Origin: Octopus vulgaris | Lineage: Eukaryota | Direction of reading: 5' to 3' | DNA length: 64,000 nucleotides | Assembly: GCA_951406725.2 (NCBI GenBank) | Contig: OX597816.1 | Coordinates: 21,452,001-21,516,000, forward strand | In this document: one piece after another, positions 1 through 12,575 of the stretch | How positions within the stretch are numbered: position 1 is the first letter of the stretch | How the letters are laid out: every line of letters begins with the position of its first letter | Program-made: the position numbers and the translations under genes | The notes under the pieces: model-generated | Databases searched by the model: none | Seen by the model: only the letters and a program-made list of their open reading frames with translations | Told to the model about the DNA's origin: nothing

Positions 1-980
1 TCATTAGACTGTGACCATGCTGGGGCACCACTTTGAAGAATTTTTAGCTGATCTTATCATCCACAGTATTTATTATCCTTTTGTGAAGCTTGGTACTTAT
101 TCAATCTCTTTTGCCAAACTGCTAAGTTCCAGGGACATAAAGATAGCAAGTAGTAGTGAGGACAAACATATGCACAAAGACTCACACATGCACACACAGA
201 CACACACAGACAAACACATATTCGGATTCAGCCTGAAAAATTACATCAATATACCAAATCTGAAAATTTTTCCTAAATTTTAGAATTTCCAAATATGTAC
301 TAGCAAACAAAACGATACTATTTCTCTCCTGAGGCCAATTCCATAGAGGAATATCTGCCATCTTTTCACTACAATATGCATTCTTTTTTCTATTGTAGTG
401 TAATCTAATTGAACAGACCAAGGCTTGAAAGCTTTTCAGTTATGACAATCTTGTATGCGTTTCAGAAAGTGCATGTAAGAGTATTTCTTTAATAAATTTT
501 ACCCTTGTTCTAGCAATTTGCACAATCTCCCTTCCCAGTACATCATCATCACCAACACTGCCATCATAATCATTTTCATCTTTTTCATCATCACCACGTT
601 TTCAAATTCCTTACCACTGACATCAGCGCCATTTTCAAATTCATTACCACCACCACCTCTATCATCATCATCATCATCGGTAGTAGTACCATTATCACTC
701 CCCCCCCAACATTACTATCACCTCAACAACAACCACATCCACCACAATCATCATCATTGTTGTCATCATTGATTGAACCCATGGCCCCATGTTCAAGAAG
801 CCAGCTTTTTATCCATCCGATCACGATCACAAATTCGTGAATTCAAATCTTATCATGATACAAGAGCCATTCTAAACTGTCCTTGAGAATGACAAAACTT
901 TCAGATTACTCCATCTTACTTGACACACAAAAATAAGTTACGCAAACATTTGTTCTTTAGGTGTGTTGTCATATGATAGT

Positions 981-1252
981 GTGAAGGCACGTGGCTTAGT
1001 GGTTAGGGGCTACTATTTTATGGAAGTCCAGCAGTCACCCATGCATACCAATCTCCCCTCTCTGCACCACCGATGTTATCTAATAGAAAGACAAAGGCAC
1101 ACACAACTTGGTATCAGTGATGTCAAAGCTCGTTTCTACAGTTGAGTGAACTGGAGCAACGTGAAATAAAGTGTCTTGCTCAAGAACACAACACACAGCC
1201 CTGTCCAGGAATCAAACTCATTACCTCATGATTGGAAGCCATGCACCTTCAC
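981..1252 (-). mobile_element. tRNA-headed SINE (family C', same as 58716-59040) with a short inverted second head at 981-1010
   Basis: Minus strand matches 58716-58960 (GTGTTCTTGAGCAAGACACTTTATTTCACGTTGCTCC). The ends GTGAAGGCACGTGGCTT / AAGCCATGCACCTTCAC are inverted. Confidence 0.75.
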
Positions 1253-1755
1253 TATGTCACCTTGTACCTCATAACATAGCAGTTTGACGAATAGAAATTG
1301 GGAAATCAAACATCACATTTAAATAAATACATTGGTCAAAAACGATAGACTAAAACTTTGAAGGTGCCACCCTAACATGGTTATCATTCAATGAATAAAA
1401 CCTCTGAAATTAAAAGCTTAAAAACCAAAAGAAATAAGAATGAAAAATGTAATAATGGAACACTATATTTGCAAAACTACAAATTCTGGCAAATCTATAC
1501 ATGAATAAAATTAACAAAATAGCAATTATTGTAATTTCAGTTGATGTATTACAAGAATAACCATCAAGATGAACGTTTCTGTGACATTTTTATTGTCAAG
1601 TGGGAGTAACAAATTTCTGAATATTTTCAATTAAATTTATGATGAATACTAATCATGGACATTTACTGACTGGAAAGTAATTACAAGTGGCAGATTGAAA
1701 TGTTATCTTCTTTCAATTGTCTGGAATTTTCTCAGGTACTATTCTTACATAAATT

Positions 1756-1813
<58 letters not shown>

Positions 1814-1953
1814 CATATATGTACATTCATACATGCATACATATATATATTTAATTAGAAGTTGTGTTAACCTCGTGAAGGGATCGTTTCATCCAAGGAA
1901 AAACTGGTTCAATACCTAGTACTTTTGAGGATTATTAATTCCCTTAAAATAAT

Positions 1954-1992
<39 letters not shown>

Positions 1993-1995
<3 letters not shown>

Positions 1996-2340
1996 TCATC
2001 ATCATCATCATTTAGTGTCCGCTTTCCATGCTAGCATGGGTTGGACGGGTCAACTGGGGTCTGTGAAGCTGGAAGGCTTCGTCAGGCCCAGTCAGATCTG
2101 GCAGTGTTTCTACGGCTGGATGCCCTTCCTAACGCCAACCACTCCGCGAGTGTAGTGGGTGTTTTTTATGTGCCACCGGTACAGGTGCCAGACAGAGCTG
2201 GCAAACGGCCATGAACGGATGGTGCTTTTACGTGTCACCGGCACGGGACCAGGCGATGCTGGCAACGGACATGAACGGATGGTGCTTTTACGTGCCACCG
2301 ACACGGGGCCAGACAGAGCTGGCAAACGGCCACGAACGGA

Positions 2341-2342
<2 letters not shown>
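1993..2342 (-). mobile_element. RTE-LINE 3'UTR-derived repeat (family B) with ~60-bp internal repeats and (GAT)n tail
   Basis: Matches 16261-16600, where the same sequence is contiguous with the RTE RT C-terminus. Confidence 0.85.
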
Positions 2343-2418
<76 letters not shown>

Positions 2419-2544
2419 TTCTCCTAGACCATTGGTATCTATATATGTATATATACAAATACATATATAGTTACACATAGATATATATAGATATATATAT
2501 ATATAAATATATATACACACACGCACACACACAAACATATATAT

Positions 2545-2737
2545 ATCATCATCATCATTTAACGTCCGTTTTCCACACTAGCATGGGTTGGACGGTTCGA
2601 CCGGGGTCCGGGAAGCCAGGAGGCTGTACCAGTCTGATCTGGCAGTGTTTCTACAGCTGGATGCCCTTCCTAACGCCAACCACTCCGTGAGTGTAGTGGG
2701 TGCTTTTTATGCACAGGGGCCAGGCTAGGCTGGCAAA
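2545..2737 (-). mobile_element. Family B RTE 3' end fragment
   Basis: CATCATTTAACGTCCG...GCTGGATGCCCTTCCTAACGCCAACCACTCC. Confidence 0.85.
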
Positions 2738-3400
2738 TACATATATATATACAGATAGGGAGAGAAAGATATGAAATGATACAGATAACTAAATATGTTC
2801 AAGAGTTAAACAACGAAACTCAAATCAGCAACTCCCCTAATCCCAGGGAATATCCTATCCTAAGTGGATGTATTTTTTTAAGGGCTACCTAATTAGGGCC
2901 CCACTGCCCCACTATTTTTACTGCATTTTAAGATAAATACATGGCATTGGTGACCAAATCGGAGCAATGATAATGACAATAACCTTCATACTATGAATTC
3001 CCTGGGAGTATCGTAAGGAGGTTCAGTTTCTGAAGGGCCACTTAAATGGGGCCCTATTGACCCCACCACTATTTTTACTGCATTTACTTCACTTGTACGC
3101 TTATTGATTAAACTATGATCAGCAATCAGTGCTTAGCACATTTGCAGAAATAAGTTTGGTCATTCTAAATACCTTCACGTACATTCAAATTGAGATAAGG
3201 AGTTATAACAGGTACGTTTCAGGTGTGGTAGCATGGATACCTATATTTTGTAGTTTTATCAAACTTGTGTCTAGTAAGAAATAAATACATGTTCATACAC
3301 ATATATCTAAACATGTACATATATCAACTAAATATATAGAGTAACACACACATACACAAACAGAAGCATGTGGTCATATACACAGACACACATACTGCAT

Positions 3401-3793
3401 AGGAGTGGCTGTGTGGTAAGTAGCTTGTTTACCAACCACATGGTTCCGGGTTCAGTCCCCCTGCATGGCACCTTGGGCAAGTGTCTTCTACTATAGCCTC
3501 GGGCCGACCAAAGCCTTGTGAGTGGATTTGGTAGACTGAAACTGAAAGAAGCCCGTCGTATATATGTATATATATATGCGTGTGTGTCTTTGTGTATCTG
3601 TGTTTGTCCCCCTAGTATTGCTTGACAACCGATGCTGGTGTGTTTGTGTCCCCGTTACTTAGCGGTTCGGCAAAAGAGGCCGATAGAATAAGTCCCGGAG
3701 TCGAGTTGCTCGATTAAAAGGCGGTGCTCCAGCATGGCCGCAGTCAAATGACTGAAACAAATAAAAGAGTAAAAGAGTAAAAGAGTAAAAGAG
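3401..3793 (+). mobile_element. tRNA-derived SINE family A, full length
   Basis: A-box-like TGGCTGTGTGG, B-box-like GGTTCAGTCCC, CCTTGGGCAAGT core, internal microsatellite and (GTAAAAGA)n tail. More than 15 copies in the window. Confidence 0.9.
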
Positions 3794-4164
3794 AATAAAC
3801 AAATACCAACATATAGAAAATAACCCAAAGACTTCAAGTGCGTAACAACTTTATTTTCTTCAACAAATTACATTATTTAATCGCATATATTCTTACTTGT
3901 AATATCGTTGAGTATATGTCATGTTTTATGTTTTCTTATAATTTAATTCAGCTTAATTCTGGTTTAGTTTTTGTATTTTCATTTGTTGTTGTTGTTGTTC
4001 TCAAGCAAAAATAGCATTTCGTAGAAGGTCACTCCGTTAGGTTTAAAATGATAATCTGTTTTGCATTGTATTAGATGTTTCACAGGTGACATTTTAACCC
4101 ATGTTCACCCAAATCGAGTTGTTAAAACATACAACTGTAAATGTAATTGAGAAATACTTATATT

Positions 4165-4500
4165 TTTTTTTATTCTTTTACTTGTTTCAATCGTTGAACT
4201 GTGGCCATGCTGTGGCACCACCTTAAACGGTTTTGGTTAGATGAATCAATCCCAGTACTTGTGATTTTGTTTCATCTCTTTTACTCTTTTACTCTTTTAC
4301 TTGTTTCAGTCATGTGAGTGTGGCCATGCTGGAGTACCGCCTTTACTTGAGCAAATCGACCCCAGGACTTAACCTAGTACTTATTCTATCGGTCTCTTTT
4401 GCTGAACCACTAAGTTATGGGGATGTAAACACACCAGCATCAGTTGTCAAGTGATGCTAGGGGGACAATTACAGACACACAAACAAATATATGCACATAC
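4165..4500 (-). mobile_element. Two partial SINE family A 3' halves
   Basis: TTTACTTGTTTCA...GGCCATGCTG tails at about 4177 and 4297. Confidence 0.8.
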
Positions 4501-5648
4501 GTGAGTGTAGTGGGTCCTTTTTGCGTGCCACCGGCACAGGTACCAAGGGAGGCTGGCAATGGCCACGATTGGTTGGTGCTTTTTACGTTCCACTGGCACG
4601 GAAGCCAGTCAAGGCAGCACTGGCATCGGCCATGTACGGATGGTACTTTTTATGTGTCACCAGCACAGGTTTCACAACTACAATTTCCATTTGGTTTTTT
4701 GATGCTGATGGTGATGTAATTGACTCAATAGATCTCCTCAAGCACAGCAGTTCGCCCTACGATCCAAGGTAAGTACAACAGGCTGTCCTGTGAACCAAGG
4801 CACTTTGGATGGGCAAGGGCTTCTATGTGAAGATGGTGCTGGAAACAGCCATGAACTCACATTATTTGTCGAGTGTTCGCAGTCACAGCATATCTCCAGA
4901 GGTCTCGGTCGTCATTCCCTCTGTGAGACCTAACGTTCGAAGGTCATGCTTGACCACCTCATCCCATGTCTTCCTGGGTCTACCTCTACCTTCAACTGTT
5001 TGGGAGTGGCACTTCTTCACACATCTCTCCTCGTCCATCCACAGTGCATGACCATACCAGCACAGACGTCTCTCTTGCACACCTCATCTGATGCTTCTTA
5101 TGTCCAGCATTTCTCTCAGGGCACTTACACTCATCATGTGTGCACACTGACATTACACATCCAGCGGATCAAGCAAGCTTCATTTCTTTCAAGCGTATGC
5201 ATGTCCTCTGCAGTCACTGCCCATGTTTCACTACCTTGAAGCATGGCAGTTCACATACATGCGTCATACAATCTACTTTTCACTCTGAGCGAGAGACTTT
5301 TTGTTGCCAGTAGGGGAAGAAGCTTCCTAAACTTTGCCCAGGCTATTCGTATTCTAGTGGTGACACTCTCTGAGCATCCACCCCCACTACTAACTTGGTC
5401 AGCTAGGTAGCGGAAACTATCAACTACTTCTAGTTTCTCCCCCAGGAGTGTAATGGAATCTGTTTTCTGAGTATCAATGGTGTCTATTGCCCTGTGCATC
5501 TGCCGCACATGAAAGCTATCTTCTCGGTTAATATTCCTTTGATGGTACTGCATCTCTTATGTGTCCATAGCTTGCACTGGGAACATCTTATGGAGTTTCT
5601 ACCTACACCTTTTCTACAGATGGAGCAGGGCCAGCTACCAGAAGGGCA
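4501..5648 (-). mobile_element. 5'-truncated, frameshifted RTE-clade LINE (PHD finger, RT C-terminus, 3'UTR)
   Basis: ORFs 5484-5678 (C4HC3), 5251-5553 (LEVVDSFRYL..RIRIAWAKFRKLLPLL) and 4883-5080 (RRLCWYGH..GRGRPRKTWDEVVKHDL), followed by family B UTR repeats. Confidence 0.9.
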
Positions 5649-5709
5649 GGAGCCATATAGACCCCAGTTGAGAACCATTCATGTAGAGACTCATTCTGTA
5701 GCTGTTCTT

Positions 5710-6135
5710 GTTTAGCCTTAGGTCGAACCATTCTACTATATGGCTCAGAAACCTGGACGTTATCAAAGAAGCTTGAGAGGCGGTTGGATGGAACTTACAC
5801 TCGCCTCCTTATGAGAGCTCAAAATCTCTCGTGGAAGCGTCATCCAACCAAAATACAAATATATGCAAAACTACTACCTGTATCATCTCTTGTGAAAGGT
5901 AGGAGAGTCCAGTTTGCTGGACATTGTTGTAGAGCTGAAAACGAGGCAATTTTTACTCTTCTCCTCTGGAAGCCATCTACTCGCGATACCAGAGGGCACA
6001 CACTCTCCTACCCTGATGTAATCTCCAGGGATACAGGCATCCAGCCACAGGACCTCCTAATTGCCATGATGGACCGTGAAGTCTGGCGTAGCATGGTAAA
6101 TTCCATTGTCTCGACCACGGTCGAACAATGATGAA
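5710..6135 (+). mobile_element. 3' fragment of a second RTE-like LINE
   Basis: LLYGSETWTL..LDGTYTRLLMRAQNLSWKRHPT..FAGHCCR..AMMDREVWRSMV, then stop and short TGA tail. Confidence 0.85.
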
Positions 6136-6149
6136 GATAGGTTGCTCCT

Positions 6150-6793
6150 CATCTAGCAGACCAATGCCAAAAGTTTATTTCAGGTAAAATACTTAGCAGC
6201 ATTTTATCTGTCTTTACACTCTGAGTTCAAATTCTGCCAAGGTCAGCTTTGCCTTTCATCCTTTAGGGGTCAGTAAATTAAGTACCTATTTCTTTACTGC
6301 CCACAAGGGGCTAAACACAGAGAGGACGAACAAGGACAGACAAACGGATTAAGTCGAATATATCGACCCAAGTGCACAACTGGTACTTATTTAATTGACC
6401 CTGAGAGGATGAAAGGGTAAGTCGACCAAGGCGGAATTTGAACTCAGAACGTAGCGACAGATGAAATACCTATTTCTTTACTACTCACAAGGGGCTAAAC
6501 ACAGAGAGGACAAACAAGGACAGACAAACAGATTAAGTCGATTATATCGACTCCAGTGCATAACTGGTACTTATTTAATCAACCCCAAAACGATGAAAGG
6601 CAAAGTCGACCTCGGCAGAATTTGAACTCAGAACGTAGCAGCAGACGAAATACTGCTAAGCATTTCGCCCGGCGTGCTAACGTTTCTGCCAACTCACTGC
6701 CAGTAAATTAAGTACCAGTGAAACACAGGGGTCGATGTAATCATCTAGCCCCTTCCTCAAAATTTCAGGCCTTGTGAGTTCAGCAGAAAGGAT
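6150..6793 (+). mobile_element. SINE family E host copy, interrupted at 6287-6700
   Basis: GAGTTCAAATTC B-box and GCCTTTCATCCTTT..GGGGTC core; resumes after a duplicated 16-mer. Confidence 0.75.
6287..6700 (-). mobile_element. Nested SINE family E copy with ~183-bp internal tandem duplication and 16-bp TSD
   Basis: CAGTAAATTAAGTACC at 6271-6286 and 6701-6716; reverse complement of 50676-50902. Confidence 0.9.
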
Positions 6794-7112
6794 TGACATA
6801 ATTATTCAATGTTATCTTCTTTTTCACAAACGCAATTTACAAGAGACTGGTTGAGAATTTAAGCAGATTTAATAACTTTTGAGTAGTTACTTCATTCTCT
6901 TCTTCTGACAAATACTTTTCAAATGTATTTCTCTGCAAGTTTAGACACATTGTCAAATCTGTAACTACCTATCCAACTTTCTGTTCAGACAGTATAGTTA
7001 TAATTGCTTATATTGAAAACTGAAAGCTACAACATGTGATGGTAGAAAGAATGAAATTAATGTATCAAATTTGCATAACAGATTTTATTCTGTGCATTTT
7101 GTCAACATAGCG

Positions 7113-7353
7113 GTGCAGGAGTGGCTATGTGGTAAGTAGCTTGCTTACCAACCACATGGTTCCGGGTTCAGTCCCACTGCGTGGCACCTTGGGCAAGTGT
7201 CTTCTACTACAGCCTCGGGCCAACCAAAGCCTTGTGAGCAGATTTGGTAGACGGAAACTGAAAGAAGCCTGTCTTATATATGTATATATACATACATACA
7301 TACATACATACATACATACATACATACATACATACATACATACATACATACAT

Positions 7354-7417
<64 letters not shown>

Positions 7418-7639
7418 TTGTGTGTATGTGTTTGTGTGTGCATGTTTGTCCCCACAACATTGCTTGACAACTGATGCTGGTGTGTTTACGTCCCTGTAAT
7501 TTAGCAGTTCGGCAAAAGAGGCCGATAGAATAAGTACTAGGCTTACAAAGTATAAGTCCTGGGGTCAATTTGCTCGATTAAAACGGTGGTGCTCCAGCAT
7601 GGCCGCAGTCAAAATGACTGAAACAAGTAAACGAAAAGA
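7113..7639 (+). mobile_element. SINE family A, full length, with expanded (TACA)n(TA)n
   Basis: Collinear with 3401-3793. Confidence 0.9.
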
Positions 7640-9243
7640 TATGCAGTTATGCACAACTGCGAAGCAGAGAGGTTGGGAGCCCTTGGAAAACTGCTTGGAA
7701 ACTTAATTTGGTCTTTATTCGAAAACTAAACTGAAATTTTATACATCACAGAAGCCTTCTCTTTCTGTCTGTCTGTCTCTCTCTCCTTCTCTGTCTATTT
7801 CTGTGTCTGTCTCTGTCTCTGTCTCTCTCTTTCAGCTGTACGTGCTGAATCAGTTTAATGAAACGCTTGTCAATTTTAGTATTTTGCTGTTGTGTGCAAT
7901 AATAAGTTGTTCCTATCCAGTGTTGTTTGTATCCACTTCTTGGCCATTACCTTTTAACTCATCTAGGCATACACTCAAAAACACATCCTGTATCTCTTAA
8001 TGCTTGATTGCATTATCCTAAAAGGCTTAATTAATCTTCATCTAGTCTTACATCATCAAGTCAGTCTGACCAGACTAGTATCTCCTAATCTATTGATTAT
8101 TTATGGAAAGGGAAAATAAAATATGCAAAATTTCAACAGAAGTCAATTGATTCAATGGAAATTTGAACTGGGTAAAGTTTAAAATACATTCAGTTTTGTG
8201 AAAAACGAATGCAAAATTCCCTTTGTTTATCAGTGTAATTAACAGATATAATGAACAAAGGTTTCAGGCTATCTATCTGTCCTAATTAGAAATGTTTGCA
8301 ATTAAATCTGGGATAAATTTCGCCTTCTCTTTTGAAGCATTGATTGCATTCAGAATAAAAGGTTGACTTTATAATGATAGCCTTAAAAAGTCCAATATAC
8401 TTTCATCACTTAAGAAGTTATGATTAAACAGAAATTTCTATCTGAAGTTACCAATTGTTATATATGATCGTTTCTTTAATTTGGTCTTTAGAATGTGTCT
8501 TTGAGTTGATAAAGGTTACTCAGTGAAATTCATGGTTTAATCAATCAATGATTAATTCCTTATTTAATGGGTTTCTCATTATCGTACTGCAATTCTTTCC
8601 CTATTGTTTCAGGTGAGATTTATAATCCTTCTTCTTTTCAAACAGTCATGGAAACAGTTTCAAAGAAATCCTTGTTGAACAACTTACATTATTAAACAGC
8701 TTGCTTGCGAAATCCTTCATTGTTCACACGATTAATCAAATGCTAAGTGAATGTTCCAAAAAAACAATTAGAATGCTATAAAACATTTGCATAATTAGAG
8801 CCTTTCATTCGATCAATTGGAGTCTTTCATTTTATATTATAGAGTGCGTGTGACTGACTACAGAAGAAAAAGTTTAATATGAAGATAATGTATGGTTAAA
8901 TCCTGGAAAATCAGATCATCCTCTCATAAATCTGTGATTTTGTATTATGACAATAATCTTATGGATCCCATGCTCAAAAGATGGAACCCTTTTCCCTCAC
9001 CCAACCCAATTGTAATTAGGTAGCAAAATCGATAAATACAATGTAGGAGGAGCTAATTAAAGGGTCTCTATATGGTCCCTTGACATGCTGGAAATAAAAG
9101 ACAATCGTATACAATTAACTCTCTAATCTCTAAAATAAGGAAGAGACACATTAGATAATTTACTCCAAGGAACAACCAAAATTACTACATGAGTCATGGG
9201 TGAAATACCTTTGGTTATACAGTTAAACAACGACAACAGCAAG

Positions 9244-9437
9244 TAGAGATGCAATGGCCCAGTGGTTAGGGCAGCGGATTCGCGGTTGTAAGAACGTGGT
9301 TTCGATTCACAGACTGGACATTGTGAGTGTTTATTGAGCAAAAACACCTAAGCTCCATGAGGCTCCGACGGGGGTGGGGGTGAACCCTGCTGTACTCTTT
9401 TACCACAACTTTCTCTCACGCTTTCTTCCTACTTCTG
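9244..9437 (+). mobile_element. tRNA(Arg)-like-headed SINE family D, 3'-truncated
   Basis: TGGCCCAGTGGTTAGG A-box, TTCGCGG anticodon-like loop, GGTTTCGATTC B-box; matches 48900-49105. Confidence 0.8.
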
Positions 9438-9519
9438 CCACAAATCAGAGGAAGAAAGAGTATAAAGACAAGTAAAACCCTTCTTCCATTTAATATTAGA
9501 AGAAAGGGATCTGTGTAGG

Positions 9520-10487
9520 GCTCCTTTTCACAGAGGCTCTATGATAGTTTTTGAAATGCAGTCATATAGAAGAAGGTTAAGAATATTTTGGTAAAAATAT
9601 AAAACTAATGAAGAAGTGCAATAACTAGCAAATACATAAAGTTCTTGACTCTCAACTATTAAAAGAAGGAAGCTAAAGTATTTTGGTCCTATAGTAAGGG
9701 AACAAAGTATACAAAGTCTATTGCTAGAAGGAAAGATAAATGGCAAATGCACAAGACAAGGACCTCGAACAAACTTGTAGTGATCCTATAACGGTGCGCG
9801 CGCGCGCACCGTCCATTTCTGTTTCGCGCGTGCGGGTCGGTGCTTTCACCACAGGAAGGGCCCTCTCGCGCATGCGCGAACCACCGGAAGAACCCTTTTG
9901 CCTACGTGGCAGTTAGCGAGGCAAGGGGGTCGTAGAACGTTTGACCACTAGCAGCAGTCAGCGGCGACTTGAGACAGCAGCGACTGAAGGCGACGGTCAC
10001 GTATATTTTCTCTCCGTCCGAACTAGATTCTAGCAGCACCTTACCAAAAGGCCTTTAACCAAATTGTTGCAGACCAACATCGTCTCCATTGTTCGCCGCC
10101 ATCTTTGACCAGTGTCGTTTTGCATTTGAACACTTTCTTATTTTACAGAGATAAGGTTCAGCACGACACATTTATACCAAAGGGATACCAGATAACCACT
10201 TATTGTTACTGTTACCACATTAGAGAATAAAGTAGTATATATATTATTTACGTCTGCGTCTTGTTGTTTCTGACTGGTAGAATTCTGGATTATTAAAGCA
10301 ACGGCTAGTGATTGCCTCTTGTACCCCGAAAGTACAAGAGAAGATATATTCACACTAAGTTCGTTACAAACTGATTTGATAACATCAAGGACTGGACTAA
10401 ACTCTCATATGGTGAATGTGTGAGAATGGCAGAGAAAAATATCAAATGGGGATTCTTGATATTCAACCTACTGAAAGCAGATGACAC
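9520..10487 (+). mobile_element. Degenerate RTE-like LINE 3' end split by a solo LTR
   Basis: KRRKLKYFG..LLLEGKINGK..GPRT before 9775; DNIKDWTKLSYGECVRMAE after 10372. Confidence 0.7.
9776..10368 (+). mobile_element. Solo LTR, ~593 bp, probably Gypsy-type
   Basis: TGTA...TACA termini, 4-bp TSD AACT (9772-9775, 10369-10372), AATAAA near 10226, CpG-rich 5' half; cleanly interrupts a LINE. Confidence 0.8.
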
Positions 10488-10768
10488 CAGATAAAAAGAA
10501 GAATAAGGATAGGGGAGATTAAAGCAGGTAAGCTATCCTGGAACTTGAGAAATGGTTCAAAAACTTGCAACAATGCACTCAAGGACTTGACAGCAGTGTT
10601 AAAAAGGCAATAGATTAAATCTACCAGCGGAGAATTCAGAACATAAAGAGCCAGCATCAGATAATAGGTACAGCCTCTTCCTATTTGCTAAAATTTTTGA
10701 AGAAAAATATTTTAATTTCAAATTTCAGTAGAAGTAATTTTATCTTTCATCTTTCAATAACAGAAGGA

Positions 10769-10825
<57 letters not shown>

Positions 10826-11289
10826 CTAATTCAGATGTGTCTACACTTCCTCTAATAGTCAAAACGCTTTCATCAAAAGAAATCAAAGTATACTTGATGT
10901 TTGTTGCCACTAATTAAAATACTTGTGGTTCTTCTTTTTAATAACATTATCATAGATATATGATGTAAATATGATTCTTAGAGGAGAATCAACTTAAATG
11001 AAACGAGTTCATCATCCAATATAAATGTTAATTTATAATTCTGAAACAACCACCCAAACTCAGGTCAATAGGAGGAAATGGGGTTGGTTGGTTGAGACAT
11101 TCCCTACAAAAGCCCATTTGCATTATTATAAGGTAAGACTTATTACGGAAACCGAATGGGAAACAAAATTATGGTATATCAAAACCAATATGAAGAAACT
11201 TTTCAGAAACTGTTGCAATGGTTGGTAGCTGGAGACAACTGCAAACGAATGCCAAAGATTGAGAAAGACAGAAATTGCTTGTTGGAACA

Positions 11290-11632
11290 CCAAGCTCCAT
11301 ATGGAGTTAAAGGAATTAAAGAAGAAAAGGAATTCTGAAGAGAGCCTTAATATTTTTGATTATCAGTTGGAGTAGATTTAATTTCAGCATAATATTGATA
11401 TTGACCCTACAATGACTCCAAGCTCCGTATGGAGTTAAAGGAATTCTGAAGAGAGCCTTAATATTTTTGGTTATCAGCTGGAGTAGATTTAATTTCAGCA
11501 TAATATTGATATTGACCCTACAATGACTCCAAGCGCCATATGGAGTTAAAGGAATTCTGAAGAGAGCCTTAATATTTTTGGTTATCAGCTGGAGTAGATT
11601 TAATTTCAGCATAATACCGATACTGACCCTAC
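11290..11632. repeat. 111-bp tandem repeat, about 3 copies
   Basis: AGAGCCTTAATATTTTTG at 11341, 11452 and 11563. Confidence 0.9.
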
Positions 11633-12004
11633 ATTGACCCCGAGGAGATGAAAATTAAATTTTTTTTTGTTTTGTTTTTTTGCAGTTTAGTCAAAGATGG
11701 AAGGCCAACATCTCTGGCCATTTGTCTTTTGCGTGTCAACAAGACAGATAGAGCTAATGGGAGGAAGTTATCTATAAATGTGTGATGTGATCTAAAAGCA
11801 TGCAAGAAACTGAAGTTCACTAAAGACACCCAAGGATCAATGGGTTGTATTAAGTCAAGTAACAGATTAAATCTACCATCTAAAAGCTCAAAATATAAAG
11901 AACTGAAGTGAGATACATGTCATAAAAAAGCACTCACAAAATTCTGAAAATTCTGTAGTAAATTGTATTAAGAATTAACCTAAAGTGAAAAGTAAATTAA
12001 TATA

Positions 12005-12234
12005 CTCTTTACTCTTTTTACTCTTTTACTTGTTTCAGTCATTTGACTGTGGCCATGCTGGAGCACCGCCTTTAGTCAAACAAATTGACCCCAGGACTTA
12101 TTCTTTGTAAGCCTAGTACTTATTCTATCGGTCATTTTTGCCGAACTGCTAGTTTACGGGGATGTAAACACACCAGCATCGGTTGTCAAGTGATGTTGGG
12201 GGGACAAACACAAACACACAAATGTATATACACA

Positions 12235-12308
<74 letters not shown>

Positions 12309-12575
12309 AATATATATATACATACATTAGGCGTTAGGAAGGGCATCCAGCCGTAGAAACACTGCCAGATTTGACTGGGCCTGATGAAGCCTTCTGGCTT
12401 CACAGACCCCAGTAGAACCGTCCAACCCATGCTAGCATGGAAAACGGACGCTAAACGATGATGATGATGATGATGATGGTACACTTATATACGATGGGCG
12501 TCTTTCAGTCTCCGTCTACCAAATCTGCTCACAAGGCTTTCGTCGGCCCAAGGCCATAGTAGAAGACACTTGCCA
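12005..12575 (-). mobile_element. SINE family A interrupted by a family B fragment (12326-12478, +)
   Basis: Family A tail 12005-12220, (CA)n, family B with (GAT)n tail, then family A resumes at about 12490. Confidence 0.85.

Noticed and set aside
2157-2340. CRISPR-like palindromic repeats with variable spacers (family B)
   Set aside because: The spacers are homologous to each other, the array is the 3'UTR of an RTE LINE, the DNA is eukaryotic, and there are no cas genes.
3738-3760. SINE A tail stem-loop + GAAAC as a hammerhead
   Set aside because: No CUGANGA box; better explained as a LINE recognition stem-loop.
8612-8694. Strong acceptor sites (also 49389) as coding exons
   Set aside because: The frames hit stops without a good donor; cannot be supported without transcript data.
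11316-11612. 98-aa repetitive ORF
   Set aside because: By-product of the 111-bp tandem repeat.
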